This document shows, piece by piece, positions 48,552-59,154 of a stretch of 64,000 bases of DNA. The position numbers were made by a program, and so were the translations under genes. Origin of the DNA: Deinococcales bacterium (GTDB lineage: Bacteria > Deinococcota > Deinococci > Deinococcales > JAAFIG01); assembly GCA_043778225.1 (NCBI GenBank), contig JAYWGM010000048.1, positions 1 through 64,000 of the forward strand, read 5' to 3'. Under the pieces are notes generated by a model that did no database searches, had not been told where the DNA came from, and worked only from the letters and a program-made list of their open reading frames with translations. Numbering within the stretch: position 1 is the stretch's first letter; every line of letters begins with the position of its first letter.

Positions 48552-49304
48552 CTGGGTTTTGGCAACCACATCAATGGTTTTGTCATCGTCTTCAAAATCT
48601 TCATCATCATCCTCGGCTCGCGTAAATTCTAAATTGTCAAAGTCAATTTCATCCAAGAAATCTTCGTCGCCACCAATCATAAATTCATAATTCCCCTCAC
48701 CAACGGTACGGTTTAAGGTATTCATAATTCTGGTGACATTATCGTAAGGTCCGCTGAAAAAAAACGGACGACCGTTCTCGTCACCTGTTGGGATGTCGTC
48801 TGTACAATTTTCTGGGTGTGCCTCGCCTAGAATGGGCATGGCTTTACGGGCATCTTTATGTGGTTCAAAACCAAGTCCTTTGGCGTAAGCAATCGCAGTC
48901 TGAATCATTTTGGCGGCAAAATCAAGGCTGCAAGGCTGCATGGTTTGGGTTTCGTTAAGCAATTCTAAAAACTCGCCTCTGAATTGGAATTCAGAATCAA
49001 AACCTCGAGTCATGGCATTTTTGATTCCCAAACAGCCAAGGTCTACTAAAAATAAGCCAATTGCCACAACCCCAACAGCATTTTTTCGAGCCACCACCAA
49101 TTGATTGATTGAACGGTAATCTGCCCAATCTTGATTGACCCAACAACCAAGCAGCGACCAAGACCCCGATTGCTTGGCATTGACCCTCGAGACATCTGGA
49201 AGGCTTTGAATTTGTTCTTTGCGAGCATTATCTTTTGCTTTACGGGCATCGCGCCGCGCTTGTTTGGCAAGGGCTTTCTCGAGTTTGGCTGGGTCTTTAG
49301 ACAT
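48543..49304 (-). CDS. Hypothetical protein with acidic tail
   Basis: 253-aa ORF; TATACT-6nt-ATG; FLVDLGCLGIKNA and G.P.FFSGPYDN motifs. Confidence 0.7.
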   Translation of the reverse strand: MSKDPAKLEKALAKQARRDARKAKDNARKEQIQSLPDVSRVNAKQSGSWSLLGCWVNQDWADYRSINQLVVARKNAVGVVAIGLFLVDLGCLGIKNAMTRGFDSEFQFRGEFLELLNETQTMQPCSLDFAAKMIQTAIAYAKGLGFEPHKDARKAMPILGEAHPENCTDDIPTGDENGRPFFFSGPYDNVTRIMNTLNRTVGEGNYEFMIGGDEDFLDEIDFDNLEFTRAEDDDEDFEDDDKTIDVVAKTQSA

Positions 49305-49318
49305 GAGGTGAGTATAAC

Positions 49319-50323
49319 CTAAACTGTAGCAATGACTTTGATGGTGTGTTCAATCATTTCGTCGGTAATCTGAAAATGCGTCACCAAGCGCACCAGATTC
49401 TCCGCCATGATTCCAGCCCGAACACCCTGGGCTGCCCACGCCTCGAGTTTTTCTGGGGCATTCTCGAGCGTAATGTAAACCATGTTGGTCTGAACCCGCT
49501 CAAGGTCAATCTTGAAGCCTCGAGCCTCAAGCGTGGTTGCCAAGTGCATGGCTTGGTGGTGGGTCTGCTCGAGGTGGCTACGGTGATGCCTCAGGGCGTA
49601 CATTCCAGCAGCCGCGAGGCTGCCCGCTTGGCGCATTCCACCGCCCAACATTTTTCTGTAGCGGTGGCATTCTTTAATAAACGCCTTTGAACCCGCCACA
49701 AGGCTACCGACGGGCGCACCAAGTCCTTTAGATAAACATACAGCAGCGCTATCAAAATGCTTGGTGACTTCGCTTGCTTCGAGTTTTTGGGCTGCCAAGG
49801 CGTTCCAGATTCGCGCTCCATCCAAATGCAGTGGAATACCTTCCTCAAGTGAAATTTGACGAATTCCTGCAATCACCTCGAGCGGCAAAACTGTACCACC
49901 TGCTCGATTATGGGTGTTCTCGAGTGCGATTAAACCACTTGGGCTTTGATGGACACTGCGCCGAATTGCTTTACGCACATCCGACGGGTCTGGTACACCT
50001 TGAGGCGCATCAACAAAACGCGGTACAACCCCAGCAAAAGCCGCCATCATGCCGAGTTCGTACTCGTAAATATGTGCGCCTTGGGTACAAATCACTTCCT
50101 GCCCACGTTGGGTGTGGGCTGCTATCGCAATTTGGTTGGCTTGCACGCCACTGCTGGTAAACAGCGCCGCTTCAAACCCCAGTAAATCTGCCACGTAATC
50201 TTGCAACGCATTGACGGTTGGGTCTTCGCCATAAACATCGTCGCCAACTGGCGCATCAAACATCACTTGGCGCATCTCGAGGGTCGGCGTGGTAACAGTA
50301 TCGGAGCGTAAATCTACAATCAT
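49319..50323 (-). CDS. ltaE: Low-specificity L-threonine aldolase
   Basis: [48 protein letters not shown]. Confidence 0.95.
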   Translation of the reverse strand: MIVDLRSDTVTTPTLEMRQVMFDAPVGDDVYGEDPTVNALQDYVADLLGFEAALFTSSGVQANQIAIAAHTQRGQEVICTQGAHIYEYELGMMAAFAGVVPRFVDAPQGVPDPSDVRKAIRRSVHQSPSGLIALENTHNRAGGTVLPLEVIAGIRQISLEEGIPLHLDGARIWNALAAQKLEASEVTKHFDSAAVCLSKGLGAPVGSLVAGSKAFIKECHRYRKMLGGGMRQAGSLAAAGMYALRHHRSHLEQTHHQAMHLATTLEARGFKIDLERVQTNMVYITLENAPEKLEAWAAQGVRAGIMAENLVRLVTHFQITDEMIEHTIKVIATV

Positions 50324-50332
50324 AAAATCCTC

Positions 50333-50406
50333 TGGGTTAAAAGGTCAAAGGGTTAAAAGGTTAAAAGTTAAACACCCACCTTTTCTACTTTTAACCTTTT
50401 AACCCT
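50333..50406. repeat. Inverted array of GGTTAAAA-like octamers
   Basis: GGGTTAAAAGGTCAAAGGGTTAAAAGGTTAAAAG...CTTTTAACCTTTTAACCC. Confidence 0.7.
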
Positions 50407-50411
50407 GCCTT

Positions 50412-51083
50412 TCACCCTACCGTACTCGGGTCAATCCAACCGCGTTTAATCCCGAACAGCACGGCTTCAGTTCTCGAGCCAACCCCGAGTTTAGAAAAAA
50501 CATTTGCCAAGTGTACTTGGACTGTGCGCGGCGAAATATCCAAGACCTTGGCGATTTCTTTGTTGGTGCTGCCACTGGCGGCGGCGCGTAAAACCTCGAG
50601 TTCTCGAGGTGAAAGCCCTTCGCCGTCAAAGGCAACGGTCGGTTGTTGCGAAAACCGATTTAAGACTTTTTTGGCGATGCTGGGATGGAGCGCACTTTCA
50701 CCATGAAAAACTGCCCGAATCGCGTTAATCAGTTCTTCTTCTCGAGCGTTTTTAAGAATGTACCCTGCTGCTCCAGCCTCGAGCAGCGCAAAGACGTAGG
50801 CATCGTCGTCAAAACTGGTTAAGACCAGCACTGCTACACTGGGATGGTGCTGTTTAATTTGCTTGGTCGCATCAATGCCGTTCATGCCGGGCATCGAGAC
50901 ATCCATTAAAATCACATCGGGGCGGGTGGCATTGACAAAAGCTAAGGCTTCGCGTCCATCGGCGGCTTCGCCAATCACCAGAAAATCGGCGTGAGGCTCG
51001 AGCATTTCTTTTGTGCCTTTGCGGACAATGGGATGGTCGTCTACCAATAAAATCTGGATTTGTCGTTCAATCATTTCTTCCAT
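50412..51083 (-). CDS. NarL/LuxR-family response regulator (orphan)
   Basis: LLVDDHPIVR, DVSMPGMNG, LSPRELEVL...NKEIA...ISPRTV..H. Confidence 0.92.
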   Translation of the reverse strand: MEEMIERQIQILLVDDHPIVRKGTKEMLEPHADFLVIGEAADGREALAFVNATRPDVILMDVSMPGMNGIDATKQIKQHHPSVAVLVLTSFDDDAYVFALLEAGAAGYILKNAREEELINAIRAVFHGESALHPSIAKKVLNRFSQQPTVAFDGEGLSPRELEVLRAAASGSTNKEIAKVLDISPRTVQVHLANVFSKLGVGSRTEAVLFGIKRGWIDPSTVG

Positions 51084-51135
51084 ACGAGATTCTAACCCGT
51101 TTCTTAACGGCTCGAGTCGCGTAGAATAGACCAAT

Positions 51136-51537
51136 ATGAGCCGAACCCCCAAAGCCGAACTCAACGAATTGGCACAAGCCAAGAATACCTCGCTCGAGTT
51201 TCAAACCGAACTGCTCGACCCAAACCGTCCCAACGAAGGGTTTATTAGCGTCGTACAGTGGAATGAAACTGAATATAAAGGTTATGGGCGCAGCAAAAAA
51301 GATGCCGAACATGAAGCCGCCCGAATTGCTTTAACCCAAGTCAGTGAAGGAATAGAAGAAACCGAAGACCAAGAAATGCTCGAGCGCTGGCAAATCTACC
51401 CCGAGCTATTGGCGGAGTGTTTACGCATTGCTGCCAAAACCGATACAAATCTCGAGACCATCCGTGAGAATGCGGTGGCGTTGTATCAGGACTTGTTGCT
51501 TGATTTGGGCTATGAACCCGAAGAACTCGAGGGGTAA
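51136..51537 (+). CDS. Double-stranded RNA-binding-motif protein
   Basis: PKAELNELAQ...GYGRSKKDAEHEAARIAL dsRBD signature. Confidence 0.75.
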   Translation: MSRTPKAELNELAQAKNTSLEFQTELLDPNRPNEGFISVVQWNETEYKGYGRSKKDAEHEAARIALTQVSEGIEETEDQEMLERWQIYPELLAECLRIAAKTDTNLETIRENAVALYQDLLLDLGYEPEELEG

Positions 51538-51590
51538 AAGGTTCTACTTTTACCCTTTTGACCTTTTCTACTTTTCACCTTTTAACCCGC
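51532..51590. repeat. CCTTTT-rich octamer array (same family as 28243 and 50333)
   Basis: CTTTTACCCTTTTGACCTTTTCTACTTTTCACCTTTTAACCC. Confidence 0.6.
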
Positions 51591-51591
51591 C

Positions 51592-52377
51592 CTAAGAACT
51601 CGCACTGGTGTATGAACGCAGCGCAAAACGCCAGAACCATCTCGAGGCAGCAAAAAAAACCACGGCTAAAGCCAACGAAATCCAAACCGAATTGGTCTCG
51701 AGTTTGCCAACTAGGGCTTGGGCGGGAACAGTCGTGATAAAAGCAATTGGAATCACAAAAGTAAAAAAAATGCTCATCCAGCCTGGAAAAACCGTGACTG
51801 GAAATTGCCCAGCGCGGTAAAAGCCCCAGAATAATTCGGTGATGTTCTCGACCCTGACAAACCAAAAAGCCGTGGTTGAGAGGGCAAACCAAATGCTGTA
51901 AACCATCAGGTACGCCGAAAGTAAAAGCAGTATTCCGATGCACAAATTACCAAGACTGACTCGAGGCTCGAGTTGCAACAATGCCCAAATAACGATTGCT
52001 ATACCAAGCAAGACATCGGGAAAACGCAGCAAATTGATGTTGCGAAAGCTGACCAAAAACTGTGCATCTATCGGTTTAAGCAGCGTAAAATCCATTGTGC
52101 CGGTGCGGACACCTTCAGCAATTCGGTTTAAGTTGGGCGCAAGTGCCATGCTCATCAGACCGTCAAAAAAAGTAAAAATACCCAGCACCACGGCTGCCTC
52201 GAGCAACGACCAACCACCCAAGCTACGGCTTGTGCCAATCAAAATACTGAGACCCAACAGCGACCCGCCGACCCGCAAAACTGTTTCAATCAGGTTGACC
52301 ACAAAATTAGCACGATACTCGAGTTGGGTGCTGAGACTCGCGCCCATAAAAATAGCAATCAGTCTTGAGTAGCGCAT
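51592..52377 (-). CDS. ABC-2 type transporter permease (DUF990-like)
   Basis: LEYRANF, G.MDF.LLKPID.QF and PIAFITTVPA motifs; ends YTSASS. Confidence 0.88.
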   Translation of the reverse strand: MRYSRLIAIFMGASLSTQLEYRANFVVNLIETVLRVGGSLLGLSILIGTSRSLGGWSLLEAAVVLGIFTFFDGLMSMALAPNLNRIAEGVRTGTMDFTLLKPIDAQFLVSFRNINLLRFPDVLLGIAIVIWALLQLEPRVSLGNLCIGILLLLSAYLMVYSIWFALSTTAFWFVRVENITELFWGFYRAGQFPVTVFPGWMSIFFTFVIPIAFITTVPAQALVGKLETNSVWISLALAVVFFAASRWFWRFALRSYTSASS

Positions 52378-53039
52378 TAACGACGTGAACTGGCTTGTTG
52401 TAAGCGGCTGCTCGGTAAAATTGCTGATGGATTAAGGATTGTACCACCGCGACGGACTTCAAAATGCAAATGTGGACCACTGCTGTTGCCCGTGCTACCA
52501 ACCCTCGAGATCATCTGCCCTTGGCGCACCCGTTGCCCTTTGGAGACCAAACGCCTCGAGTTATGGGCATAGTAATAATCGCGCCCATCTATACCGCGAA
52601 TTGTAATCAGTTGACCATAGCCAAATACATTCCAACCCGAAAATGTAACCGTTCCAGAGAGCGCCGCGTAAACTGGTGTGCCGGTTGGGGCAGCCAAATC
52701 TAAACCAGCATGACCACTCTTTGGACCTCGGTAGGAATAGCGTTGGGTGATTACACCCATCAAAGGCCAGAGCGGGCGCTCGTAGCTACTCGAGACTTGA
52801 GCCACTGGACTGCTGCTCGAGCCAGGAAGCTGTAGCACTTGCCCAATGCGAATGCGGTCAGCAGAAAGCTGATTGGCAGCCCGCAACCCAGAAAGACTCA
52901 CTCCATTGCGTCTGGCAATACTCGAGAGCGTATCGCCTGTGCGAACAGTCACGCTTTGAGCGCTGGCGACTGCGACTAGAGCGGCTGTGGCTAAACCCAG
53001 TACAATTTTGCCGAATCGGTTCTTGATAAAATCAATCAT
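52377..53039 (-). CDS. LysM domain M23 family peptidase
   Basis: VRTGDTLSSIA LysM; HAGLD, YAH and TGNSSGPHLHFE. Confidence 0.92.
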   Translation of the reverse strand: MIDFIKNRFGKIVLGLATAALVAVASAQSVTVRTGDTLSSIARRNGVSLSGLRAANQLSADRIRIGQVLQLPGSSSSPVAQVSSSYERPLWPLMGVITQRYSYRGPKSGHAGLDLAAPTGTPVYAALSGTVTFSGWNVFGYGQLITIRGIDGRDYYYAHNSRRLVSKGQRVRQGQMISRVGSTGNSSGPHLHFEVRRGGTILNPSAILPSSRLQQASSRR

Positions 53040-53211
53040 TGCCTAAGGACAGTAGCACACCAGATATAGAGATGGAAGTGCAAATTTCACACGGGCTTCA
53101 TAACCACGCCCTTTACAAATCAAATTGTTTTTGCTAAGTTAGCACGGCTGCCCTAAAAAGCAGCACTTCTCGAGCCTCGCTCGGGACACGGCTTAAAAAC
53201 CCGTGGGCATT

Positions 53212-53320
53212 GGAGACAGCGGGGGCTGCCGAGCTTAATGATCCCGCCGAGATGCGCGCCAACTTAAATTAAAGTGAAGCCGCGTTTTAGAGTTTTTAGT
53301 CTGTCAAATGTGGCGTTTTG
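53212..53320 (+). promoter_or_regulatory. Ribosomal protein L10 leader (autoregulatory RNA)
   Basis: GAGACAGCGGG...CTTAATGATCCCGCCGAG core typical of L10 leaders; upstream of rplJ; ends approximate. Confidence 0.65.
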
Positions 53321-53351
53321 TCATGTCTGACTACACGAAGGAGAAAGCAAC

Positions 53352-53849
53352 GTGGCGAACATCCGCAATACCCAAACACTCGCCTCGCTTCGGGTTGCCC
53401 TCGAGGGACAGTCGAGCTTTTATATCGTTGATTACCAAGGTTTACCCAGCAATCAAATCGTCGCTTTGCGTAAGGATTTACGCACGGTCGGCGCTACGAT
53501 TCTGGTTGCCAAAAATACCCTGATTCACAAAGCCGTATCGGAACGTGGTTTCGATATGCGCGATGTTTTTCATGGACCCAGTGCGCTTGTGCTGGTTGGC
53601 GAAGACGCGGTTACACCCGTCAAAAAACTGGCAGAATTTGCGAAGAAGAACGACAAAGGTATTCCACAAGCCAAAGGTGGAATTCTCGATGGTGAAATGC
53701 TCGACGCGAAGAAACTTGAAGCCCTGAGCAGTATGCCCAGCAAAGACGAATTACGCGCCCAAATCGTGGGTGTACTCTCGAGCAAGCTCTCGGAATTCGT
53801 TGGTATCTTGGAAGCAAAAGTCACAAAAGACGAAGGCGTAGCCGCCTAA
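53352..53849 (+). CDS. rplJ: 50S ribosomal protein L10
   Basis: DYQGL...LRKDLR......VAKNTL; LSSMPSKDELRAQIVG. Confidence 0.95.
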   Translation: MANIRNTQTLASLRVALEGQSSFYIVDYQGLPSNQIVALRKDLRTVGATILVAKNTLIHKAVSERGFDMRDVFHGPSALVLVGEDAVTPVKKLAEFAKKNDKGIPQAKGGILDGEMLDAKKLEALSSMPSKDELRAQIVGVLSSKLSEFVGILEAKVTKDEGVAA

Positions 53850-53888
53850 ACAGCAACGGGCGTATGCGCCTAATCTCGGAGGTAATTT

Positions 53889-54257
53889 ATGGCATTAGAT
53901 ATTGCAAGCATTAAAGAACAACTTTCTGGCGCAACCGTCCTCGAGCTTAAAAGCCTGATTGACGACCTGAAAGAAACTTGGGGCGTGACCGCCATGGTTG
54001 CCGCAGGTCCAGCCGGCGCAGCCGTCGCCGAAGTGGTCGAAGAGAAAACCGAATTTGACGTTATCTTAAAGAGCATTGACGCAGCCAAGAAAATCGCCGT
54101 GATTAAAGAAGTCCGTGCGATTACTGGTTTGGGTCTTGCCGAAGCCAAAGCCCTAACCGAAAATGGTGGCAACATCAAAGAAGGTATCGGCAAGGACGAT
54201 GCAGCCAAGCTCAAAAAGCAACTCGAAGACGCTGGTGCAGTCGTCGAAGTCAAGTAA
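53889..54257 (+). CDS. rplL: 50S ribosomal protein L7/L12
   Basis: [30 protein letters not shown]. Confidence 0.97.
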   Translation: MALDIASIKEQLSGATVLELKSLIDDLKETWGVTAMVAAGPAGAAVAEVVEEKTEFDVILKSIDAAKKIAVIKEVRAITGLGLAEAKALTENGGNIKEGIGKDDAAKLKKQLEDAGAVVEVK

Positions 54258-54292
54258 TTGTGTTACCATACTCGAGAGCTTTCTCGAGTTTT

Positions 54293-54367
54293 GGGCAGAT
54301 AGCTCAGCGGTAGAGCGGTCGCCTTACAAGCGACTGGTCGCAGGTTCAATCCCTGTTCTGCCCACCA
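54293..54367 (+). tRNA. tRNA-Val (anticodon TAC)
   Basis: GGGCAGA/TCTGCCC acceptor stem, anticodon arm GTCGC-CTTACAA-GCGAC, GGTTCAAT T-loop, encoded CCA. Confidence 0.95.
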
Positions 54368-54371
54368 CGCT

Positions 54372-54408
54372 AGAGACGCAGATTTTAAAATCTGCGTCTC
54401 TTCTTTTT
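54372..54408 (+). terminator. Intrinsic terminator after tRNA-Val
   Basis: AGAGACGCAGATTTT/AAAATCTGCGTCTCT palindrome followed by a T-rich tract. Confidence 0.8.
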
Positions 54409-54494
54409 CTTGGTTTTACACCCTAACTAATCCAGTAAAGCCAGTCCAATTAAGCCATTGATTGTTTTAAAACCATCCAAGGTGACAAATCAGT

Positions 54495-54962
54495 TTACCC
54501 ATCTTGCAAAACCATCTCGACCAACTGATCTAAACAGATTCCCCAACCAACATGAAAGCCCATCTCTTCGTGCTGTTGGCGGCTGGCTTGGTCTTTGTGC
54601 ATTGCAATCGCGCTGTATTTTGTGCCAGTGCCATGAGGCTCGAGTAAAATTGTGGCGGTAAAAAAAGCCTTTTCGTTAGGTCTGAAATCTGCGCCAAGAG
54701 CATCGGTAAAAACCAATTTGCGATGAGGGATAATCTCGAGGTAACAGCCAGTGTTGGGGAATTCCTGCCCTTCTGGCGAACGCATCGTGGTCTGGCACAG
54801 TCCACCAACACGCAAGTCTATTTGGCAATCCGAGACTGTCCATGGACGTGGTGCAAACCATTTTTTGAGGTGTTCTGGTTGTGTCCAAGCCGCCCAGACA
54901 AGTTCGGGGGCAACAGGCACAATACGCTCGAGGATTAAATCGGTTTCGGGGTTAAAATTCAT
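54495..54962 (-). CDS. SRPBCC/AHSA1 domain protein
   Basis: LERIV...[20 protein letters not shown]...[16 protein letters not shown]. Confidence 0.9.
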   Translation of the reverse strand: MNFNPETDLILERIVPVAPELVWAAWTQPEHLKKWFAPRPWTVSDCQIDLRVGGLCQTTMRSPEGQEFPNTGCYLEIIPHRKLVFTDALGADFRPNEKAFFTATILLEPHGTGTKYSAIAMHKDQASRQQHEEMGFHVGWGICLDQLVEMVLQDG

Positions 54963-55299
54963 GGTTTTTCTCCTTGGCTAGCTGAGGTAAGTATTGATCG
55001 AGTTGGTCAAGGCGTTGTTCCCAGAGATGGCGTTGCTGACTTAACCAATTTTCAACTTGCTGTATGGCTTTTGTCTCGAGGCTGTAGGTTCGTACCCGAC
55101 CTGTTTTGGTCGAATGAACCAAGCCGCTTTGCTCGAGAACGTTCAGATGCTGCATAAACGAAGGGAGTGCCATAGAAAACGGAGTCATCAATTGACTGGC
55201 ACTGGCTGAACCTTGACCAAGGCGCTCGATCACAGCGCGACGGGTGGGGTCTGCAAGGGCATGGAACAATTGGTTGTACTCGAGTAATTGCTTAGGCAC
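54952..55299 (-). CDS. ArsR-family regulator (SRPBCC-associated)
   Basis: [14 protein letters not shown]...[17 protein letters not shown]...KTGRVR. Confidence 0.9.
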   Translation of the reverse strand: MPKQLLEYNQLFHALADPTRRAVIERLGQGSASASQLMTPFSMALPSFMQHLNVLEQSGLVHSTKTGRVRTYSLETKAIQQVENWLSQQRHLWEQRLDQLDQYLPQLAKEKNHEF

Positions 55300-55372
55300 T
55301 TACCTAAGTATATATCCTAATACCATTCTTGTCAAGTCGCATTTTTGTTGCTTTTTCTGTTCTTGGCAGATT

Positions 55373-56203
55373 CTAATAGATTGATGTGGCATCTCGAGGT
55401 AGACCCTGCACGTGTTTGAGATACGCGCTGACTTTGGCATCGTCTTGAAATGGATACTCGAGCCTAAAATGGCTGGCGACCTCGAGAGCGGCACTTCTAA
55501 ATAACTTAGTCAATGCCCTTAACGCCCGCCAAGCCTGTGTAAATTCTGCATTGCTATAGGTTTGGAGAAATTGCTGTTGCTGCTCAAGCATCAGATAATT
55601 GGGTAGGTGTTTACCCAATTTGCCAAGTGGCAGCATAAAATTGGTTTTTGCCCCAATTTGCCAAGTCAGCATTTGTAAAAGCTGTTGGCGCAAAATCTCG
55701 AGGTGATGCTGGGCGTAAATCATTTCTTTGCGCCATAATCCTTTCGCCACATACGGACAAACCCACCAAAATTCGTTACAACACTCAAAAAAAGTCTGGT
55801 TGCTTGGTGGTTGGGGCAGGTAATCAGCTAGACTGGGTGGCGCTAGGGCTGGCACAAGATTGTCTTTATCAAGTAAAAGCAGGCTTAGACTGTCGGCATT
55901 AAACTGCCCGATTTTAAGCGTCAAATCGAGCCTTTGACCATCCATAAACTGCATTAGGTAAGTATAAGAATCTTTTGAGGCTTGGTCTCCAAAGTCGTCT
56001 GGGCATTGCAAAACCATCCGTTGACCAAAGCAATCAATCCAATTGGCATTGGCTTTATACGACTCGAGTTCAGTCACCAAATACACGATGTCAAAATCCT
56101 CGAAAATATCGTGGTTGGCAAAGGGGTTGGCTTTTGAACCATTGAGCATCACCGCGCGGACTCGAGGGTCGTTCTGGGCTGTCGAAATAATCAGTTCGAG
56201 CAT
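55373..56203 (-). CDS. Aminoglycoside 6-adenylyltransferase (AadK/ANT(6) family)
   Basis: RVRAVMLNGS.AN....DIFEDFDIVY; YLMQFMDG.RLDL; CCNEFWWVCPYVAKGLWR.E. Confidence 0.88.
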   Translation of the reverse strand: MLELIISTAQNDPRVRAVMLNGSKANPFANHDIFEDFDIVYLVTELESYKANANWIDCFGQRMVLQCPDDFGDQASKDSYTYLMQFMDGQRLDLTLKIGQFNADSLSLLLLDKDNLVPALAPPSLADYLPQPPSNQTFFECCNEFWWVCPYVAKGLWRKEMIYAQHHLEILRQQLLQMLTWQIGAKTNFMLPLGKLGKHLPNYLMLEQQQQFLQTYSNAEFTQAWRALRALTKLFRSAALEVASHFRLEYPFQDDAKVSAYLKHVQGLPRDATSIY

Positions 56204-56228
56204 TGGTATGACCTTATCACTTCTAAAA

Positions 56229-56266
56229 ATAAAAAACACCCTCAAGGCAACTCGAGGGTGTTTGCA
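56229..56266 (-). terminator. Intrinsic terminator after fusA
   Basis: AAACACCCTCGAG-TTGC-CTTGAGGGTGTTT followed by a T tract (minus strand). Confidence 0.8.
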
Positions 56267-56278
56267 AAAAACGATGCT

Positions 56279-58381
56279 TTACTTGTTGTTCTTGACCAAG
56301 GTTTCCATGATTGAACGTGGAACTTCGGAGTAATGATCAAAAAACATACTGTAACTGGCTCGTCCTTGGGTCATCGAACGCATATCGGTGGCGTAACCAA
56401 ACATTTCTGAAAGTGGCACGTGAGCTTTGACCAAGCGGGCATTGCCGCGTTCGTCCATGCCTTGGATTTGTCCACGACGACCGTTCAAATCGCCGATGAT
56501 GCTGCCCATGTATTCTTCTGGTACAACCACTTCAACCCGCATGATTGGCTCGAGAATGGCGGGTGCGCCTTTTTGGACGGCTTCCTTAATTGCCATGCTG
56601 CCAGCAATCTTAAACGCCATTTCCGAGGAGTCAACGTCGTGGTAACTGCCACCGGTCATGGTCACTTTTAAGTCAACAATTGGGAAACCAATCAGTGGAC
56701 CGGAGTGCAGGCTTTCTTCCATTCCTTTTTGGGCAGGTCCGACAAATTCACGTGGAACTTCGCCACCGACCACAGCGTTCTCGAATTGGAAACCAGCCCC
56801 ACGCTCGAGTGGCTCAGCGGTAATTTTAACGTGACCGAATTGTCCACGACCACCGGACTGACGCACAAACTTACCTTCGCAGTCCACCCGTCGGGTGATG
56901 GTTTCACGGTAGGCGACTTGTGGTGCGCCAACTGTGCTTTCGACTTTGAATTCGCGGCGTAAACGGTCTACCAGAATCTCGAGGTGAAGTTCACCCATGC
57001 CGCTAATGATTGTTTGACCACTTTCTTGGTTGGTCTCAACGCGGAAAGTTGGGTCTTCTTCGGCGAGCTTGGCTAAGCCAGCCCCCATGCGGTCTTGGTC
57101 AGCTTTGGTTTTTGGTTCGACCGACAAGCTAATTACGGGGTCTGGAATTTCGATTCGCTCGAGCATCACGACGTTATCGTTATCACCAATAATCGTGTCA
57201 CCGGTCGAGGCATCTTTCACGCCCACAACCGCACCGATGTCGCCAGCCCTAAGTTCAGCAATTTCTTCACGGTGATTGGCGTGCATTTTCAGTAAGCGCC
57301 CAACCCGTTCTTTTTTGCCTTTGCTCGAGTTATAGACATAGCTGCCGCTGACCAATGTTCCCGAGTAAACGCGCACAAAGGTTAAGCGACCCACATACGG
57401 GTCGGTCATGATTTTGAAAGCCAAACCAGCCAATGTTCCTTTTGGATCACTTGGGAATTCAACTTCGTTACCCTCTTCGTCTGTACCTTTAATCGGTGGG
57501 ACATCGAGTGGGCTTGGGAGGTAATCAATCACCGCGTCAAGCATCAGTTGAACGCCTTTATTCTTGAGCGCACTGCCACAAAGTACGGGGAACATAATCA
57601 TGCTAATTGTTCCGACGCGCAAAGCAGCTTTGAGTTCCATTTCCTCGACTTCTTGTCCCTCGAGGTACTTTTCCATGACACTTTCAGAGGCATCGGCAGC
57701 CACTTCGACCAGTTCTGCACGAGCAGTTTTGGCACGCTCGAGCCAATCGGCTGGTATCTCGGTTTCTTCGATATTTGTGCCAAGGTCGTTATGGAATAAA
57801 TGCGCCCGCATCCGCACCAAATCAATAATCCCAATAAACTTGTCCTCTGCACCCATCGGCAATTGAATCGGGGCTGGTTTAGCACCAAGGCGTTCTTTGA
57901 TGTCGTTGACCACCAAGTTAAAGTCCGCACCGGTTTTGTCCATCTTGTTGCTAAAAGCAATCCGTGGCACTCGGTAGCGGTCGGCTTGCCGCCAAACGGT
58001 TTCGGATTGTGGTTCTACGCCTTGCGAGGAGTCAAAGACGGCTACAGCGCCGTCAAGGACGCGCATACTGCGTTCGACTTCGATCGTAAAATCAACGTGA
58101 CCGGGGGTATCAATGATATTAACCACAAAGGGAATACCGTACTGGGCGTGAGTCCATTCAGCAGTTGTGGCGGCGGCAGTAATCGTGATACCACGTTCGC
58201 GCTCTTGCTCCATCCAGTCCATTGTGGCTAACCCTTCATGAACCTCGCCGATTTTGTGAACCTTGCCTGTGTAATACAAAATCCGCTCGGTGGTGGTGGT
58301 TTTACCAGCGTCAATGTGCGCCGCAATACCGATGTTACGGGTGGTGTTTAAGTAGTTTTTAAGATCAAGGTCTTTGAACAT
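56279..58381 (-). CDS. fusA: Elongation factor G
   Basis: [41 protein letters not shown]. Confidence 0.98.
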   Translation of the reverse strand: MFKDLDLKNYLNTTRNIGIAAHIDAGKTTTTERILYYTGKVHKIGEVHEGLATMDWMEQERERGITITAAATTAEWTHAQYGIPFVVNIIDTPGHVDFTIEVERSMRVLDGAVAVFDSSQGVEPQSETVWRQADRYRVPRIAFSNKMDKTGADFNLVVNDIKERLGAKPAPIQLPMGAEDKFIGIIDLVRMRAHLFHNDLGTNIEETEIPADWLERAKTARAELVEVAADASESVMEKYLEGQEVEEMELKAALRVGTISMIMFPVLCGSALKNKGVQLMLDAVIDYLPSPLDVPPIKGTDEEGNEVEFPSDPKGTLAGLAFKIMTDPYVGRLTFVRVYSGTLVSGSYVYNSSKGKKERVGRLLKMHANHREEIAELRAGDIGAVVGVKDASTGDTIIGDNDNVVMLERIEIPDPVISLSVEPKTKADQDRMGAGLAKLAEEDPTFRVETNQESGQTIISGMGELHLEILVDRLRREFKVESTVGAPQVAYRETITRRVDCEGKFVRQSGGRGQFGHVKITAEPLERGAGFQFENAVVGGEVPREFVGPAQKGMEESLHSGPLIGFPIVDLKVTMTGGSYHDVDSSEMAFKIAGSMAIKEAVQKGAPAILEPIMRVEVVVPEEYMGSIIGDLNGRRGQIQGMDERGNARLVKAHVPLSEMFGYATDMRSMTQGRASYSMFFDHYSEVPRSIMETLVKNNK

Positions 58382-58433
58382 ATAGATTTGCTCCTAGTGA
58401 GCTTTTGAAGCCAATTGGCTCGAGAGAGACGAA

Positions 58434-58529
58434 TTACCAGAATCGAATCACAGCAGCTTGCCGTAATGCCAGAAGGCAACCAGACGCACCTATTAAGGTT
58501 TCATCGGTTACTAATTCCATTTGATTCAC
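58434..58529 (-). CDS. Candidate 31-aa small ORF between rpsG and fusA
   Basis: AGGAGGTGA SD 6 nt before GTG; MNQMELVTDETLIGASGCLLALRQAAVIRFW*. Confidence 0.45.
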   Translation of the reverse strand: MNQMELVTDETLIGASGCLLALRQAAVIRFW

Positions 58530-58673
58530 TTCGACTCACCTCCTGACCCTCAAACCCGAGCGACACTCGAGATTCTGCACTTAAATGTGTTGGCTGAATG
58601 TCAGCCAGATACCACATCAAGAGACCGCCCTGTCGCAAGGGTGCGCTGGCGGTCTCGAGGAATTTATACCAGA

Positions 58674-59144
58674 TTACCAGCGATAATGGGCGTAAGCGCG
58701 GTTGGCTTCTGCCATACGTTCAACATCATCTTTCTTTTTGATTGCACCGCCACGACCTTGGGCAGCATCGAGGATTTCTCCTGCGACTCGCTCGATGGCA
58801 GTGCGTTCTGGGCGGGTATTGGCTGCGCCGACCAACCAACGCAGCGCAAGGCTTTGTTGACGGCGAACCGAAACTTCGACTGGTACTTGGTAAGTGCTAC
58901 CACCGACGCGGCGGCTACGAACTTCGACGCGGGGTTTGATATTATCAAAAGCGCTCTTAAAGACACGCATTGGTTCTTGACCGCTTTTATCTTGAATCAG
59001 GCGGCACGCGCCATAAAAAATTTTGCTGGCAAGGTTTTTCTTGCCGCGCTCCATCAGGCGGTTGATTAAACTCGAGACGATGACATCGTTATAAACGAGG
59101 TCTGGTTGGATAACTCTGACTTCTGCTTGGCGACGACGCGACAT
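58674..59144 (-). CDS. rpsG: 30S ribosomal protein S7
   Basis: EVRSRRVGGSTYQVP, MAEANRAYAHYRW. Confidence 0.98.
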   Translation of the reverse strand: MSRRRQAEVRVIQPDLVYNDVIVSSLINRLMERGKKNLASKIFYGACRLIQDKSGQEPMRVFKSAFDNIKPRVEVRSRRVGGSTYQVPVEVSVRRQQSLALRWLVGAANTRPERTAIERVAGEILDAAQGRGGAIKKKDDVERMAEANRAYAHYRW

Positions 59145-59154
59145 GGTTTACCCC

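Noticed and set aside
54293..56245. Possible tRNA-Val-integrated island carrying ant(6)
   Set aside because: No integrase and no duplicated tRNA 3' end found; the genes carry host-like CTCGAG density.
58521..59069. 182-aa plus-strand ORF over rpsG and the spacer
   Set aside because: Antisense to the conserved rpsG; no support.
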